Positions 15,357 through 24,754 of a DNA stretch of 29,162 bases are shown here, piece after piece. This DNA is from an uncultured Solirubrobacteraceae bacterium (GTDB lineage Bacteria > Actinomycetota > Thermoleophilia > Solirubrobacterales > Solirubrobacteraceae), in the NCBI GenBank assembly GCA_964512905.1, contig CAZEKK010000004.1, positions 1-29,162 of the forward strand, written 5' to 3'. The translations under genes and the position numbers were made by a program. Every line of letters starts with the position of its first letter. The first letter of the stretch is position 1. The notes under the pieces are model-generated. The model saw only the letters and a list, made by a program, of their open reading frames with translations. It was not told the origin of the DNA and did no database searches.

Positions 15357-17354
15357 ATGGCAGCCACGGCCCTGCCTCGCCCCCGCGTGCGGGCGGCGCT
15401 CGCCACGGCGTGGCTGCTGCTGGCGGCCTACGCCGTTCAGCTCTTCACCGGCGTCGGCGGATCGGCTGCGGCGGACGTGCTCGGCCGGTGGGGCTACGAC
15501 GCCGTCCTGCTGGTGGCCTGCGCCGTCACCGTCTGGGGTGCGCTGCACCACGAGGGCGTGCAGCGCACCGGATGGCTGCTGATCGCCGCCGCCCTCGTCC
15601 TGTGGTCGGCCGGCCAGGGCCTCTACTCGATCGCGTGGTACTTCGACAGCAGCCCACCGAGCCCGTCGCCGTCGGACGCGCTCTTCCTCGCCTTCTACGT
15701 CCCCGCCTACGCCGGGCTGGTGGCGCTGCTGCGCGCCCGGGTCCGCGGCATCGAGCGCACGGTCTGGCTGGACGGGCTGATCGCCGGCCTGGCGGTCGCC
15801 GCGATCGCCGCGGCCGCCGTGTTCCCGACCGTCGCCGATGCGCTGGGCCACGCTCCGGCGTCGGTGGCGGTCGCGCTTGCCTACCCGCTCGGCGATGTCG
15901 TGCTGCTCGGGATCGTCGGCGCCACCGCCGTGCTGGCCGGCGGGCGCGTCGGCCGCGCCACCGCGCTCGTCGGCGCCGGCCTCCTCCTGTTCGCGGTCGG
16001 CGACCTCCTCTACATCGTCCGCGGGGACTCCGGCTTCGTCAGCAACATCTCGACCATCACTTGGCCCGTGGCGATGCTCGTGATCGCGGCTGGCGCGTGG
16101 GCCCGGTCGGCCCCGCGGGCAGTCGTCGCCGACGGTCCGCGCGTGGCGTCGCCGCTGATCGCCGCCACCGCGGCGCTCCTGCTCCTCGCGGCCGGCGCCG
16201 TGGCCCCGATCAGCCCGGTCGCCACCGGGCTGGGCTGCGCCGCGATCGCGGCGGCGCTCGTGCGCCTCCGGGTGACGCTCGGGGCCAACCGCACCATGCT
16301 CATCGACAGCCGCCGTGAAGCCGTCACCGACGAACTCACCGGCCTCGGCAACCGCCGGGCCTTCCTGACCAGCCTCGACGACCTGCTGGCCGACGGCGGC
16401 GGGCCGGCCGTGCTGGCGCTCTTCGACCTCGACGGGTTCAAGCACTACAACGACACCTTCGGTCACCCGTCGGGAGATGCGCTGCTGCGCCGCCTCGGCG
16501 ACCGGCTGGCCCGGACCTGCCCGCCGGGGGGCAGCGCCTACCGGCTGGGGGGCGATGAGTTCTGCGTCCTGCTGCCGGCCGGCCGCCAGCCCGATGAGAT
16601 CACCGTGGCCCGCGCCGCCGCGGCCCTGACGGAGTCCGGCGAGGCCTTCACCGTGGGCTGCTCCTACGGCCATGTCCGGGTTCCCGACGAGGCGCAGGAC
16701 GGTGCCGAGGCGCTCCGCCTTGCCGATGTTCGCATGTACGAGCGCAAGCGCAGCCGCCAGGGCGGCGGCCGGGAGGGCCGCGACATCCTCCTCAGCGTGC
16801 TTGGAGCGCGCAGCCCCGAGCTCGGCACCCACCTCGAGGGCGTGGGCGAGCTCGCCGCCGCGACGGCGCAGGCGCTTGGGCTCGAGCCCGCCGCCGTCGA
16901 GCGCGTTGCACGAGCGGCGGAGCTGCACGACGTCGGCAAGGTCGGCGTCCCTGAGGCGATCCTCAACAAGCCCGGGCCGCTCGACGCGGACGAGTGGGCC
17001 TTCGTGCGGCGGCACACCATCATCGGCGAACGCATCCTCAGCGCGGTGCCAGCGCTGGCCCCGATCGGCCGCATCGTGCGCTCGAGCCACGAGCGCTTCG
17101 ACGGCGCCGGGTATCCAGACGGGCTGGCCGGTGAGGCGATCCCACTCGAGGCGAGGGTCATCGCGGTCTGCGACGCGTTCGACGCGATGCTCACGGCGCG
17201 AAGCTACAAGCACGGCATCGAGCCCAGCCAGGCGCTGGCAGAGCTGCGCCGCTGCGCCGGGACGCAATTCGACCCCCAGGTCGTCGAGGCGTTCGTGGCG
17301 GCCTGGGCACGGCGGGCGTCGCTGCCGGTCGAACGCGCGCCGTCGGCCGGCTGA
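15357..17354 (+). CDS. Membrane diguanylate cyclase / HD-GYP phosphodiesterase
   Basis: Multi-TM N-terminus, then DELTGLGNRR, DLDGFKHYND-FGH--GD and YRLGGDEF, then ELHDVGK and HERFDGAGYPDGL...VCDAFDAM. Confidence 0.93.
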   Translation: MAATALPRPRVRAALATAWLLLAAYAVQLFTGVGGSAAADVLGRWGYDAVLLVACAVTVWGALHHEGVQRTGWLLIAAALVLWSAGQGLYSIAWYFDSSPPSPSPSDALFLAFYVPAYAGLVALLRARVRGIERTVWLDGLIAGLAVAAIAAAAVFPTVADALGHAPASVAVALAYPLGDVVLLGIVGATAVLAGGRVGRATALVGAGLLLFAVGDLLYIVRGDSGFVSNISTITWPVAMLVIAAGAWARSAPRAVVADGPRVASPLIAATAALLLLAAGAVAPISPVATGLGCAAIAAALVRLRVTLGANRTMLIDSRREAVTDELTGLGNRRAFLTSLDDLLADGGGPAVLALFDLDGFKHYNDTFGHPSGDALLRRLGDRLARTCPPGGSAYRLGGDEFCVLLPAGRQPDEITVARAAAALTESGEAFTVGCSYGHVRVPDEAQDGAEALRLADVRMYERKRSRQGGGREGRDILLSVLGARSPELGTHLEGVGELAAATAQALGLEPAAVERVARAAELHDVGKVGVPEAILNKPGPLDADEWAFVRRHTIIGERILSAVPALAPIGRIVRSSHERFDGAGYPDGLAGEAIPLEARVIAVCDAFDAMLTARSYKHGIEPSQALAELRRCAGTQFDPQVVEAFVAAWARRASLPVERAPSAG

Positions 17355-17358
17355 GCGG

Positions 17359-18420
17359 TCAGCCCGACAGGCCGACCTGAAGGGCGCCGGCGACCTCCAG
17401 CGTGGCGGCCCGGCCGGCCCGGCCCATCCCAACCATGTTCACGAAGCCGTGGATGAGGCCGGACTGGCGGCGCAGGGCGACCCGCACGCCGGCCGTCCGC
17501 AGCCGGGCGGCGTACGCCTCCCCCTCGTCGCGCAGCGGATCGAACCCGGCGGTGACGACGTAGGCCGGCGCGACGCCGGCCAGGTCGGCCGCGTGCAGCG
17601 GCGAGACGCGCGGGTCGCGGCGGTCGACGCCGGCGGGCAGGAAGTGGCGGTGGTACCAGCGCATGTCGGACCGCGTGAGGAAGAAGCCGTCGGCGAACAG
17701 ATCGTAGGAGCGGTGCTCCTCGGCGGCGTCGACCGCGGGGTAGATCAACAGCTGGAACGCCGGCGCCGGTCCGCCGTCGCGGGCCGCCTGCAGACTCGTA
17801 ACCGCAGAGAGGTGGCCGCCCGCGCTGTCGCCGCCGACGGCGATGCGCGCCGGGTCGGCGCCGAGCTCCGCGCTGCGGGCAGCGACGTCGCGGAAGGCCG
17901 CGAGCGCATCATCGACGGCCGCCGGGAAGGGGTGCTCGGGAGCCAGCCGGTAGTCCACCGCCACGACGACGGCGCCCGCGTGGCGGGCCAGCAGCCGGCA
18001 GGTCTGGTCGTGCGTGTCGAGGTCGCCGACCACCCAGCCGCCGCCGTGGAAGTAGACGAGCAGCGGGCCCGGGGCGGCGTGGCCCTCCGGCACGTAGCGG
18101 CGCGCGCGCAGCGGCCCGGCGGCGCCGGCCACCGTGAGCTCGCCGACCTCCGCCACCGGGATCTTCGTGCCCGCGAAGAGCGCGGCGTCGTGGCTGATCT
18201 GGGCGCGCCCCTCCGCCGGCGTGAGCTGCTCGAGCGGCGGCGCGCCCTCCTGCTCGAGCAGGAAGAGGGCGAGCTGGACCTCGGGATCGAGGGTCAGGCC
18301 GTCCCGAACCACCGGCCGGCCCCCGGCGATGCGCCGCTGGGCGGCGGGCGGCAGGGCGAAGAGCGCCTTCGCGGCGCCAGCGCGGGCGCGGTCGGCGGCG
18401 GAGAGGGCGGGAGCGGGCAT
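17359..18420 (-). CDS. Alpha/beta hydrolase, HSL (family IV) esterase/lipase
   Basis: HGGGW, VDYRLAPEHPFPAA, GDSAGG, DPLRDEG and HGF. ATG 18420 lies 7 nt after TACGAT (18433-18428). Confidence 0.93.
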   Translation of the reverse strand: MPAPALSAADRARAGAAKALFALPPAAQRRIAGGRPVVRDGLTLDPEVQLALFLLEQEGAPPLEQLTPAEGRAQISHDAALFAGTKIPVAEVGELTVAGAAGPLRARRYVPEGHAAPGPLLVYFHGGGWVVGDLDTHDQTCRLLARHAGAVVVAVDYRLAPEHPFPAAVDDALAAFRDVAARSAELGADPARIAVGGDSAGGHLSAVTSLQAARDGGPAPAFQLLIYPAVDAAEEHRSYDLFADGFFLTRSDMRWYHRHFLPAGVDRRDPRVSPLHAADLAGVAPAYVVTAGFDPLRDEGEAYAARLRTAGVRVALRRQSGLIHGFVNMVGMGRAGRAATLEVAGALQVGLSG

Positions 18421-18457
18421 GGCCGCGATCGTAGCCGTCAGCGCCCGCCCGGGCGGC

Positions 18458-19264
18458 TCAGGCGCCCAGATCGTCGCGCAGCTGCGCCAGCCCGGACCGC
18501 AGCACGGCGACCTCGCGCTCCAGCGCCTCGACCCGGGCGGCCAGGTCGTCCGCCCGCCCCCCGGCGTGGACCGGCGGGCCCTGCACCGGAGCGTCCGCGG
18601 CTGGATCCGCAGGCGCCGGCGGCTCGCCACCCGCGAGCCCGCCGCCGGGTCCGCCGCCCGACGCGGGGGGCGACGCGTTCGGGGCCGCCACGACCGCCTC
18701 CGCGCCGCCCGACGCGTTCGGCGCCGTCACGGCCGCCGCCGCACCGGCCACGACCGCCCCGCCGCCCTCCGCATCCCCGTCGGCGCCGCCGAGCCGCTGG
18801 AACCAGCGCGCCTCCTTCTGGCCCGGCTGGCGCGGCTGCTGCTCGGCCAGCCCGCGCGCCGCGAGGCCGTCCAGCGCAGCCTGCACCGCCTCGGCATCCG
18901 CGAACGCGTGCAGGCGCTCGGTGCGCGCCCGCAGCTCGCCGGGCGTCTGGGCCCCGCGGAGCATCAGCACGCACAGCAGGGCCAGCTCGCCGTCCGGCAG
19001 CCTGAGCGCCTCGTCGAGGAGGTGGCGGTACTTGACCGCCCGGCTCCCCGGGCCGCTGGCCAGGCGGGTGAACCCGCGCCGACCGAGCCGCTGCAGCGCC
19101 GCGCGCACCTCGTCCATCCCGTACGCGGTGACCGGATGGCGGCTCGTCGCCTGGTTGCACGCGGTCAGCAGCGCGTTGAGCGAGAGCGGGTAGGCGTCGG
19201 GCGTCGTGCGCTGCTTCTCGACGAGGCAGCCGAGCACCCGGATCTCGACGGCGTCGGGGTCCAC
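18458..19264 (-). CDS. YceH/DUF480 (UPF0502) family protein
   Basis: RVLGCLVEKQRTTPDAYPLSLNALLTACNQ, LLCVLMLRGAQTPGELRARTERL and a C-terminal coiled coil (LAARVEALEREVAVL). GTG 7 nt after TACCCT. Confidence 0.92.
   Translation of the reverse strand: MDPDAVEIRVLGCLVEKQRTTPDAYPLSLNALLTACNQATSRHPVTAYGMDEVRAALQRLGRRGFTRLASGPGSRAVKYRHLLDEALRLPDGELALLCVLMLRGAQTPGELRARTERLHAFADAEAVQAALDGLAARGLAEQQPRQPGQKEARWFQRLGGADGDAEGGGAVVAGAAAAVTAPNASGGAEAVVAAPNASPPASGGGPGGGLAGGEPPAPADPAADAPVQGPPVHAGGRADDLAARVEALEREVAVLRSGLAQLRDDLGA
18671..18748. repeat. In-frame 39-bp tandem duplication within the YceH linker
   Basis: 18671-18709 and 18710-18748 match at 33/39 positions and encode a repeated APNAS motif. Confidence 0.8.
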
Positions 19265-19292
19265 GGCCGGGAGGGTAGCCGCGGCGCGCCGG

Positions 19293-19682
19293 TTAGGCTG
19301 CCGCGAACGCGTCCCGCTCGGCGGCGGTCAGCTTCCGCGACCGCCGCGACTGCTGGTCGAAGGCGACGAGCACCGCCTCGGCCTCGGCGGCCAGCCGCCC
19401 GTCCCGCGTGACGATCTCCTCGCGCGTCGTGATGCTGCCGGCGCCGACGCGCTCCAGGCGGCAGCGGGCGAGCACCACGTCGTCGCCCTGCGTCAGCTCC
19501 GAGCGGAAGTCGATCGCGACCCGCGCCAGCACGAACGCCCACGGATCGCTGCCCGCCGCCGCGGCGGCGCGCTCGGTCCACTCGTCGCGGACCTCCTCCA
19601 GGTAGGTGAGGAAGACCGCGTTGTTGACGTGGCGAAACGCGTCCACGTCGCGCCAGCGGATCTCGATCTCCTTCTCGTGCAC
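19293..19682 (-). CDS. Acyl-CoA thioesterase (4HBT/YbgC/FcbC hotdog fold)
   Basis: IRWRDVDAFRHVNNAVFLTYLEEVR and FVLARVAIDFRSEL. Confidence 0.92.
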   Translation of the reverse strand: MHEKEIEIRWRDVDAFRHVNNAVFLTYLEEVRDEWTERAAAAAGSDPWAFVLARVAIDFRSELTQGDDVVLARCRLERVGAGSITTREEIVTRDGRLAAEAEAVLVAFDQQSRRSRKLTAAERDAFAAA

Positions 19683-19706
19683 GTCCGGCGGATCCTACGG
19701 CGCGGC

Positions 19707-21104
19707 TCAGCCGACGCGCGTGACGAACGGCAGCGGCCACCGGCCGCGCAGCACCCGAGGGGCCGGCCCGTAGAGGCGCATGATGAGGACGAACCGGCCG
19801 GCGGGGGCGGGCAGCCAGTTCGCGGCATCACCAGCGGGACGGTCGCGCTGGAGGCTGATCTCCAGCGACCCGTCGCGTCCGCGGCGCAGCCCCGGCGTGC
19901 GGTCGCCGATGGCAAACCGCGTCAGCGGGTTCGGGACGACGAAGAGGTTCTCGTCGTACATGGTCACCGACCAGAAGTACCGCGCCGGCGGAAGCTGGCC
20001 CGGCGCGAAGCGCAGCACGTAGCGGTTCGCGCCGCTCAGGATCGCCCCCGTCCGGTCGGTGAACGCCGTCGGATAGATCGACTCGACCGGCCGGTTCGCG
20101 CCGATGCCGTAGACCGCCAGCAGCGCGCGGCTCTGGTAGTCGGTGCCGAAGGCGCCGGTGTTGGCCTTCGGAACCACCCAGCCGTTCGTCTCGCCGGGCG
20201 CGCGGGCGATGTAGCCGAGCAGGTCCTGGCGGATCTGCGCCTTGGCAGCGGGAACGGCCTCCCGCAGGCCCGCCAGCACGGCGGGCGCGAGGTTCTGCTT
20301 CGACGGCTCCCGCCCGGGGCCGATGCCCACGGCAGCCAGCCGGCGCAGCAGCGGCGCGTCGCGCGCCGGCGGCGGGCTGTCCTTCAGCGCGCGCCCGAGC
20401 GCATCGAAGAACGCGAGGCCTTCGGGCGTCGTCGCCACGCGCGGCGTCCGCACGACGCGGGTCGGCCGCTCAGGGCGCCAGGCGGTGCCGTAGCGGCTGA
20501 GCGGCACGAGGCGGTAGCCGCGCTGGACGCGCCTGGCCGCAGCGAGATCACCGGGCCCGAGCAGGAGCGTGCGCCCGCCGACCCAGGCCTGGCGGTGGGG
20601 CGAGCGGATGCGCCGGACGCCCGCGGGCAGGCGCCCGCGCCAGCCCGGCCCGGTGACGGCGAAGTCGCCGCCGCGCGGGCCGGTCGCCCGTGACCCGACG
20701 TAGGCGAAGACGTTCGTATACGGATCGATGAACTCGAACGTGAAGTAGCGACCGCCCTGCGGCGGGATATGCAGGACCTGCGGCTCGCGACCGAGGTCGA
20801 GCTGGATCGCCGTGTAGAGGGTGTCGGTGCTCGGCGCCGGGATGATGCGGTCCTGCGGCCGCACGAGCGACGCCGGGGCCAGCTGGTTGACCGGAGCGTT
20901 GCCGCGACCGTCGGGGACCGTGACGCTCGTGGCCTGGCGCCGGATGCGCTGGAACTCGAGCAAGGGGATCCCGTACTGGTAGGCCTCCACGCCCAGCGCC
21001 CGGGCCCGCGCGCGGTCGGCGGCCTCATCGGCGCTGGCGCCCGGCGCCACGGCGAGGAGGGCACCAGCAGCGGCGAGCAGCGTGGCGATTGCCCGTGAAC
21101 GCAT
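19707..21104 (-). CDS. Secreted DUF1254/DUF1214 domain protein
   Basis: Signal peptide ending PGASA. YQYGIPL, PSTDTLY, GRYFTFEFIDPYTNVFAYVG, YVLRFAPGQLPPARYFWSVTMYD and NWLPAPAGRFVLIMRLYGP. Confidence 0.9.
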   Translation of the reverse strand: MRSRAIATLLAAAGALLAVAPGASADEAADRARARALGVEAYQYGIPLLEFQRIRRQATSVTVPDGRGNAPVNQLAPASLVRPQDRIIPAPSTDTLYTAIQLDLGREPQVLHIPPQGGRYFTFEFIDPYTNVFAYVGSRATGPRGGDFAVTGPGWRGRLPAGVRRIRSPHRQAWVGGRTLLLGPGDLAAARRVQRGYRLVPLSRYGTAWRPERPTRVVRTPRVATTPEGLAFFDALGRALKDSPPPARDAPLLRRLAAVGIGPGREPSKQNLAPAVLAGLREAVPAAKAQIRQDLLGYIARAPGETNGWVVPKANTGAFGTDYQSRALLAVYGIGANRPVESIYPTAFTDRTGAILSGANRYVLRFAPGQLPPARYFWSVTMYDENLFVVPNPLTRFAIGDRTPGLRRGRDGSLEISLQRDRPAGDAANWLPAPAGRFVLIMRLYGPAPRVLRGRWPLPFVTRVG

Positions 21105-21188
21105 CAGGCGACGCTATCCGCATCGCCGCGCCGCCGCGCCGGCTGGATCACCGGACCCCGATCGGGCGCGAACCGCCACACCGTCCGG

Positions 21189-21217
21189 TTGACAGGATCG
21201 GGTCGCGCTGGAAGCAT
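21189..21217 (+). promoter_or_regulatory. Housekeeping-type promoter TTGACA-N17-AAGCAT
   Basis: Perfect -35 at 21189-21194, 17-nt spacer, -10 at 21212-21217, ATG 8 nt later. Confidence 0.6.
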
Positions 21218-21225
21218 CGCGGGGC

Positions 21226-24200
21226 ATGCGATGCCGAGTCGTCGCTGCCGTGTTCGCGGTCGTCCTGACCGGCGCAGCCGATTCCCACGCCGCCAAGCGC
21301 TCCAAGCTCCAGACCCCCGGCTATCGCGGCGTCACCACCGCCCCCCGGGTCCTTCCCCAGCAGCCGCCCGCCCCGGTCACGATCGGGAGCGGCCAGAACC
21401 CGCAGGTCGTCGTGGACGAAGGCGGGACGGCCCACATCGTGTGGAACGAGCGACGCGGATCGGACTCAGACGTCCTGCGCTACTGCCGGCTGAAGCGCGG
21501 CGCCCGCGCCTGCGACGTCACGCAGGCCCTTGTCCCGCCGCTCGACACGAGCGACCCCGGCAACAGCCCGGCGGCCAACACCGACTTCGACGGCCCGCAG
21601 GTCTTCGCGCTCGGAGACGAGGTGGCGCTGCTGACACAGCGGTCGTTCCGGACCGTCGGCCCCGACGGGAAGAGCACGCAGTCGCCGGTCTTCATGTTCC
21701 TGTCGCAGGACGGCGGCACGACCTTCAACCCGCCCGCCCTGGTCGGCACCGGCCCGCTCAGCGGCCAGGCCGCCGTCTACGGCGCCGCCGATGCGCCGCG
21801 CATCGGGCTGATCTCCGACACCGAGACGGGCGGCCCCTTCTTCCAGGAGATCGCGCCCGGACGCTTCACGGGGATGCGGGCCGCGCTGGGCGGCGGCGGT
21901 TCGGACGGCACCTCCAGCAGCATCGCCGGCGCAGGCGCCGTTCCAGTCGCCGCTTTCCAGAACCTCGCCGGCACGACCACGGTCCGCACCTGGACCGGCC
22001 AGGGCGACATCCACGACGCGGCGACGTGGTCGCGCACCACCATCCCTTCCACGCTCGAGCCGTTGCTGGCTTCCGGACCGGCCGGAACGTTCTTGATGAC
22101 CAGCAACGCGACCGGCCCGCGCGTCTACTCCGTACGCAGAGTCACGCCCCCCAGCGGCATCGGGCCGCCGGTCCGGGCGAGCCGCAGCTCGACCGCGTCG
22201 CGCCGCAACCTCGTGCAGGACGCGTCCGGCCGCTTGCACGCCAGCTACCTGGACGGCGATGCCGGCGTGGCGACCCTGGTTGCCCGCACGTCCGCCAACG
22301 GCGGCCGCACCTGGGGCCCGCCGCGAACGCTGCTGGCCGCCCGCCGCGACTCCGACGTGTGGGCCAGCGACCTCGGCGCCGCCGCCGACGGCGGGGGCTT
22401 CGCGGTGGGCCAGATCGCTCCCGGCGGGGCGGAAGGCCCGATCGTGGCGGCCGCCTTCGGCCCGCGCACCGCCACCGGCAAGCCGGGGCTGGGGAGCCTC
22501 CCGGGCGGCGCCGGCGACCCTTCGGTGGTCGAGCGGTGCGCGCGCGTCGAGTTCGCCGCCGTCGACATCGTGGCTCCGGAGGGCTGCCTGCTGTCGGCCG
22601 CCGGGCGCAAGGGCGTCAAGGTCTCGGAGGGCACGATCCTGCTCAACGGCCTCGAGCTCGTGCCCGACCCCGGCGTGAAGATCCTCATCGACGCCCGGAA
22701 TCGCACGCTCGACAGCACCGGCAAGGTCACCGTGCAGGCCCGGGCGCCGGGCATCGATCCGGTCGTGCTCGCGAAGGACATCCTCCACATCAAGCTCCCG
22801 GGCGAAGGGCGAACCGACCCCTCCGGGATCTGCAAGGGCGACAGCCTCGTCGGCTTTGACGCGGGGCCCGCCACGAAGCTCAAGGGCTTCCCGATCTCCG
22901 GGTCGATCGAGATCTTCCTCGAGGAGGACTCGACCTGCATCCCGCTGTCGCTGGTGCTGCCGAAGGTCTTCGGCGGCGTGCGGGGCGACGCGGTGCTGCG
23001 CGCCTCCAACGGCCGGGGGCTGCACCTCGAGTCCCTCGACATCACGGCGGGGACCATCCCGGTCGGGCCGGTCCTGATCCAGGATCTGAACATCAGGTAC
23101 GCGCGGCAGGGCGAGCGCTGGACAGGGGGGGCGCGCCTGACCTTCCCGCCGGGCTGGACGATGGGCGCATCGGTCACGTTCAGCGAGGGGCGCTTCCTCG
23201 GTGCCAGCATCACGCTCGGCTTCTATCCGGGCGTCCCGGTGTTTAGCGGCGTCTTCCTCAACCGGGCGACGGCCGGGTTCGAAGCAGAGCCGCTCAAGCT
23301 CTCGGCGGCAGCGCGCTTCGGATTCCTGCCGCTCGCGCCGCCCGACACCTTCGCCATCGTGGTGAACGGGAGCCTGGCCGCGAGCTTCGGCAATCCGTTC
23401 ACCCTCACCGTGCGCGGCGGCGTAGCCGTCTTCAACCTGCAGCTGCTGCAGGCCGAGGCCACGATCCGCTCAGACCTCTACTTCAACGTCAAGGCGCGCC
23501 TGCAGCTCGACCTCGCGGTGATCTTCGTGCGCGGCGACGCCGAGATCTGGATCGATGGGCCGCGGGAGGAGTTCGGCGGCTCGGTGGGTGCCACGGTGAA
23601 GGTGTTCGGCTTCTCCATCGGCACCGCCGAGGCGATCCTCTCGAGCAAGGCGCTGGGGATCTGCGGGCCGACGCCGATCCCGTTCGTCGAGGGCGGCTTC
23701 GTGCTCGAGTGGGGCAAGGGCGCCGAGGCGCTCTGGGGCGATTGCGACCTGGACAAGTACAAGCCCGGCGGCAGCGCCAGCCGCGTGCGGGCGGCGCAGG
23801 CGGGCGGCTTCACCGTGCCGCGCGGAGCCGATGCCGCGAGCGTGCGCGTCACCGGCTCCGGCGGGGCGCCCGCGGTGGTCCTGCTCTCCCCGACGGGTGA
23901 GCGCATCGTTCCCGCCGCTGCGGCAGCGGGCGCACGCGGCGAGGCGATCGCCGTGCCAGCGCCCGCGGAGTCGCGCACCTACGTAGCGCTGCGCCGCCCG
24001 CGCGCCGGCGTCTGGCGCGTCGAGGCGGCGCCCGGGTCCGTTCCCATCCGCGCGATCGACGCGGCCACGGCGCGGCCCGACCCCCGCGTGAAGGCCGCGA
24101 TCGGCGCCCCGCGCCGGGGCTCGCGGGTGCGGACGCTGCGGTGGCAGTTCCCCAACGCGCAGGGGCGCACCCTGCAGTTCGTGGAGGCGGGCAGGGCCGG

Positions 24201-24615
24201 CGAGCGCTCGCTGGGCACCGCGCGTGGCACCGCGGGCAGCATCCGCTTCAACCCGGGCGACGGGCCCGCGGGCCGGCGCATCGTTCACGCCGTCGTGCTG
24301 CAGGACGGCGCGCCGAAGCGCAAGATCCGCATCGGCTCGTACGTGTCGCCGGGGCCGCAGCGTCCCGGCCGCGTCCGGGCGGCGGCTGCCCGCAGGGTGC
24401 GCCGGGGCCTCGTGGTCCGCTGGACGCGGGCGGCGGGCGCGACCGGATACATCGTGCGCGCCGATGTCAGCGACGGCCGGCGGATCTCGCTCCTCGCGCG
24501 CGGCACCTCGGTGCGCATCCCCAGGATCGGGCGCCCGGACAAGGTGACGGTCCGCGTGCGGGCGCGCGGCCGCAACGGCCAGCTGGGCCGCGCGGCGCTC
24601 GTCCGGGTGCGCTGA
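21226..24615 (+). CDS. Large secreted multidomain protein (Asp-box propeller-like N-terminus, long beta-rich core, Ig/FnIII-like Arg-rich C-terminus)
   Basis: 1129-aa open frame with GC3-biased codons. Signal peptide ending DSHA, Asp-boxes SQDGGTTF and SANGGRTW, and an FnIII-like VVRWTRAAGATGYIV. Function unknown. Confidence 0.8.
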   Translation: MRCRVVAAVFAVVLTGAADSHAAKRSKLQTPGYRGVTTAPRVLPQQPPAPVTIGSGQNPQVVVDEGGTAHIVWNERRGSDSDVLRYCRLKRGARACDVTQALVPPLDTSDPGNSPAANTDFDGPQVFALGDEVALLTQRSFRTVGPDGKSTQSPVFMFLSQDGGTTFNPPALVGTGPLSGQAAVYGAADAPRIGLISDTETGGPFFQEIAPGRFTGMRAALGGGGSDGTSSSIAGAGAVPVAAFQNLAGTTTVRTWTGQGDIHDAATWSRTTIPSTLEPLLASGPAGTFLMTSNATGPRVYSVRRVTPPSGIGPPVRASRSSTASRRNLVQDASGRLHASYLDGDAGVATLVARTSANGGRTWGPPRTLLAARRDSDVWASDLGAAADGGGFAVGQIAPGGAEGPIVAAAFGPRTATGKPGLGSLPGGAGDPSVVERCARVEFAAVDIVAPEGCLLSAAGRKGVKVSEGTILLNGLELVPDPGVKILIDARNRTLDSTGKVTVQARAPGIDPVVLAKDILHIKLPGEGRTDPSGICKGDSLVGFDAGPATKLKGFPISGSIEIFLEEDSTCIPLSLVLPKVFGGVRGDAVLRASNGRGLHLESLDITAGTIPVGPVLIQDLNIRYARQGERWTGGARLTFPPGWTMGASVTFSEGRFLGASITLGFYPGVPVFSGVFLNRATAGFEAEPLKLSAAARFGFLPLAPPDTFAIVVNGSLAASFGNPFTLTVRGGVAVFNLQLLQAEATIRSDLYFNVKARLQLDLAVIFVRGDAEIWIDGPREEFGGSVGATVKVFGFSIGTAEAILSSKALGICGPTPIPFVEGGFVLEWGKGAEALWGDCDLDKYKPGGSASRVRAAQAGGFTVPRGADAASVRVTGSGGAPAVVLLSPTGERIVPAAAAAGARGEAIAVPAPAESRTYVALRRPRAGVWRVEAAPGSVPIRAIDAATARPDPRVKAAIGAPRRGSRVRTLRWQFPNAQGRTLQFVEAGRAGERSLGTARGTAGSIRFNPGDGPAGRRIVHAVVLQDGAPKRKIRIGSYVSPGPQRPGRVRAAAARRVRRGLVVRWTRAAGATGYIVRADVSDGRRISLLARGTSVRIPRIGRPDKVTVRVRARGRNGQLGRAALVRVR

Positions 24616-24629
24616 CCAGCCGCGTCGTG

Positions 24630-24661
24630 GGCCGGCAGGGTCGGCGCCCCCTGTCTCGGCC
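24630..24661 (+). terminator. Possible hairpin terminator after the large secreted-protein gene
   Basis: GGCCG/CGGCC and GCAGGG/CCCTGT nested stems; no U tract. Confidence 0.3.
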
Positions 24662-24754
24662 CTCGGCGCGCGATCGGGCGGTACGCGGCGAATGGCCGAG
24701 CGCGGGAGCGCCCAGGCGCATCAGCAATCAGCGTTGTGGGTTCACCAGCCGCCC

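Noticed and set aside
15132-17432. 766-aa minus-strand ORF opposite the GGDEF/HD-GYP gene (likewise 26912-28588 and 21466-23025)
   Set aside because: Antisense shadows of clear genes, with no independent family signal.
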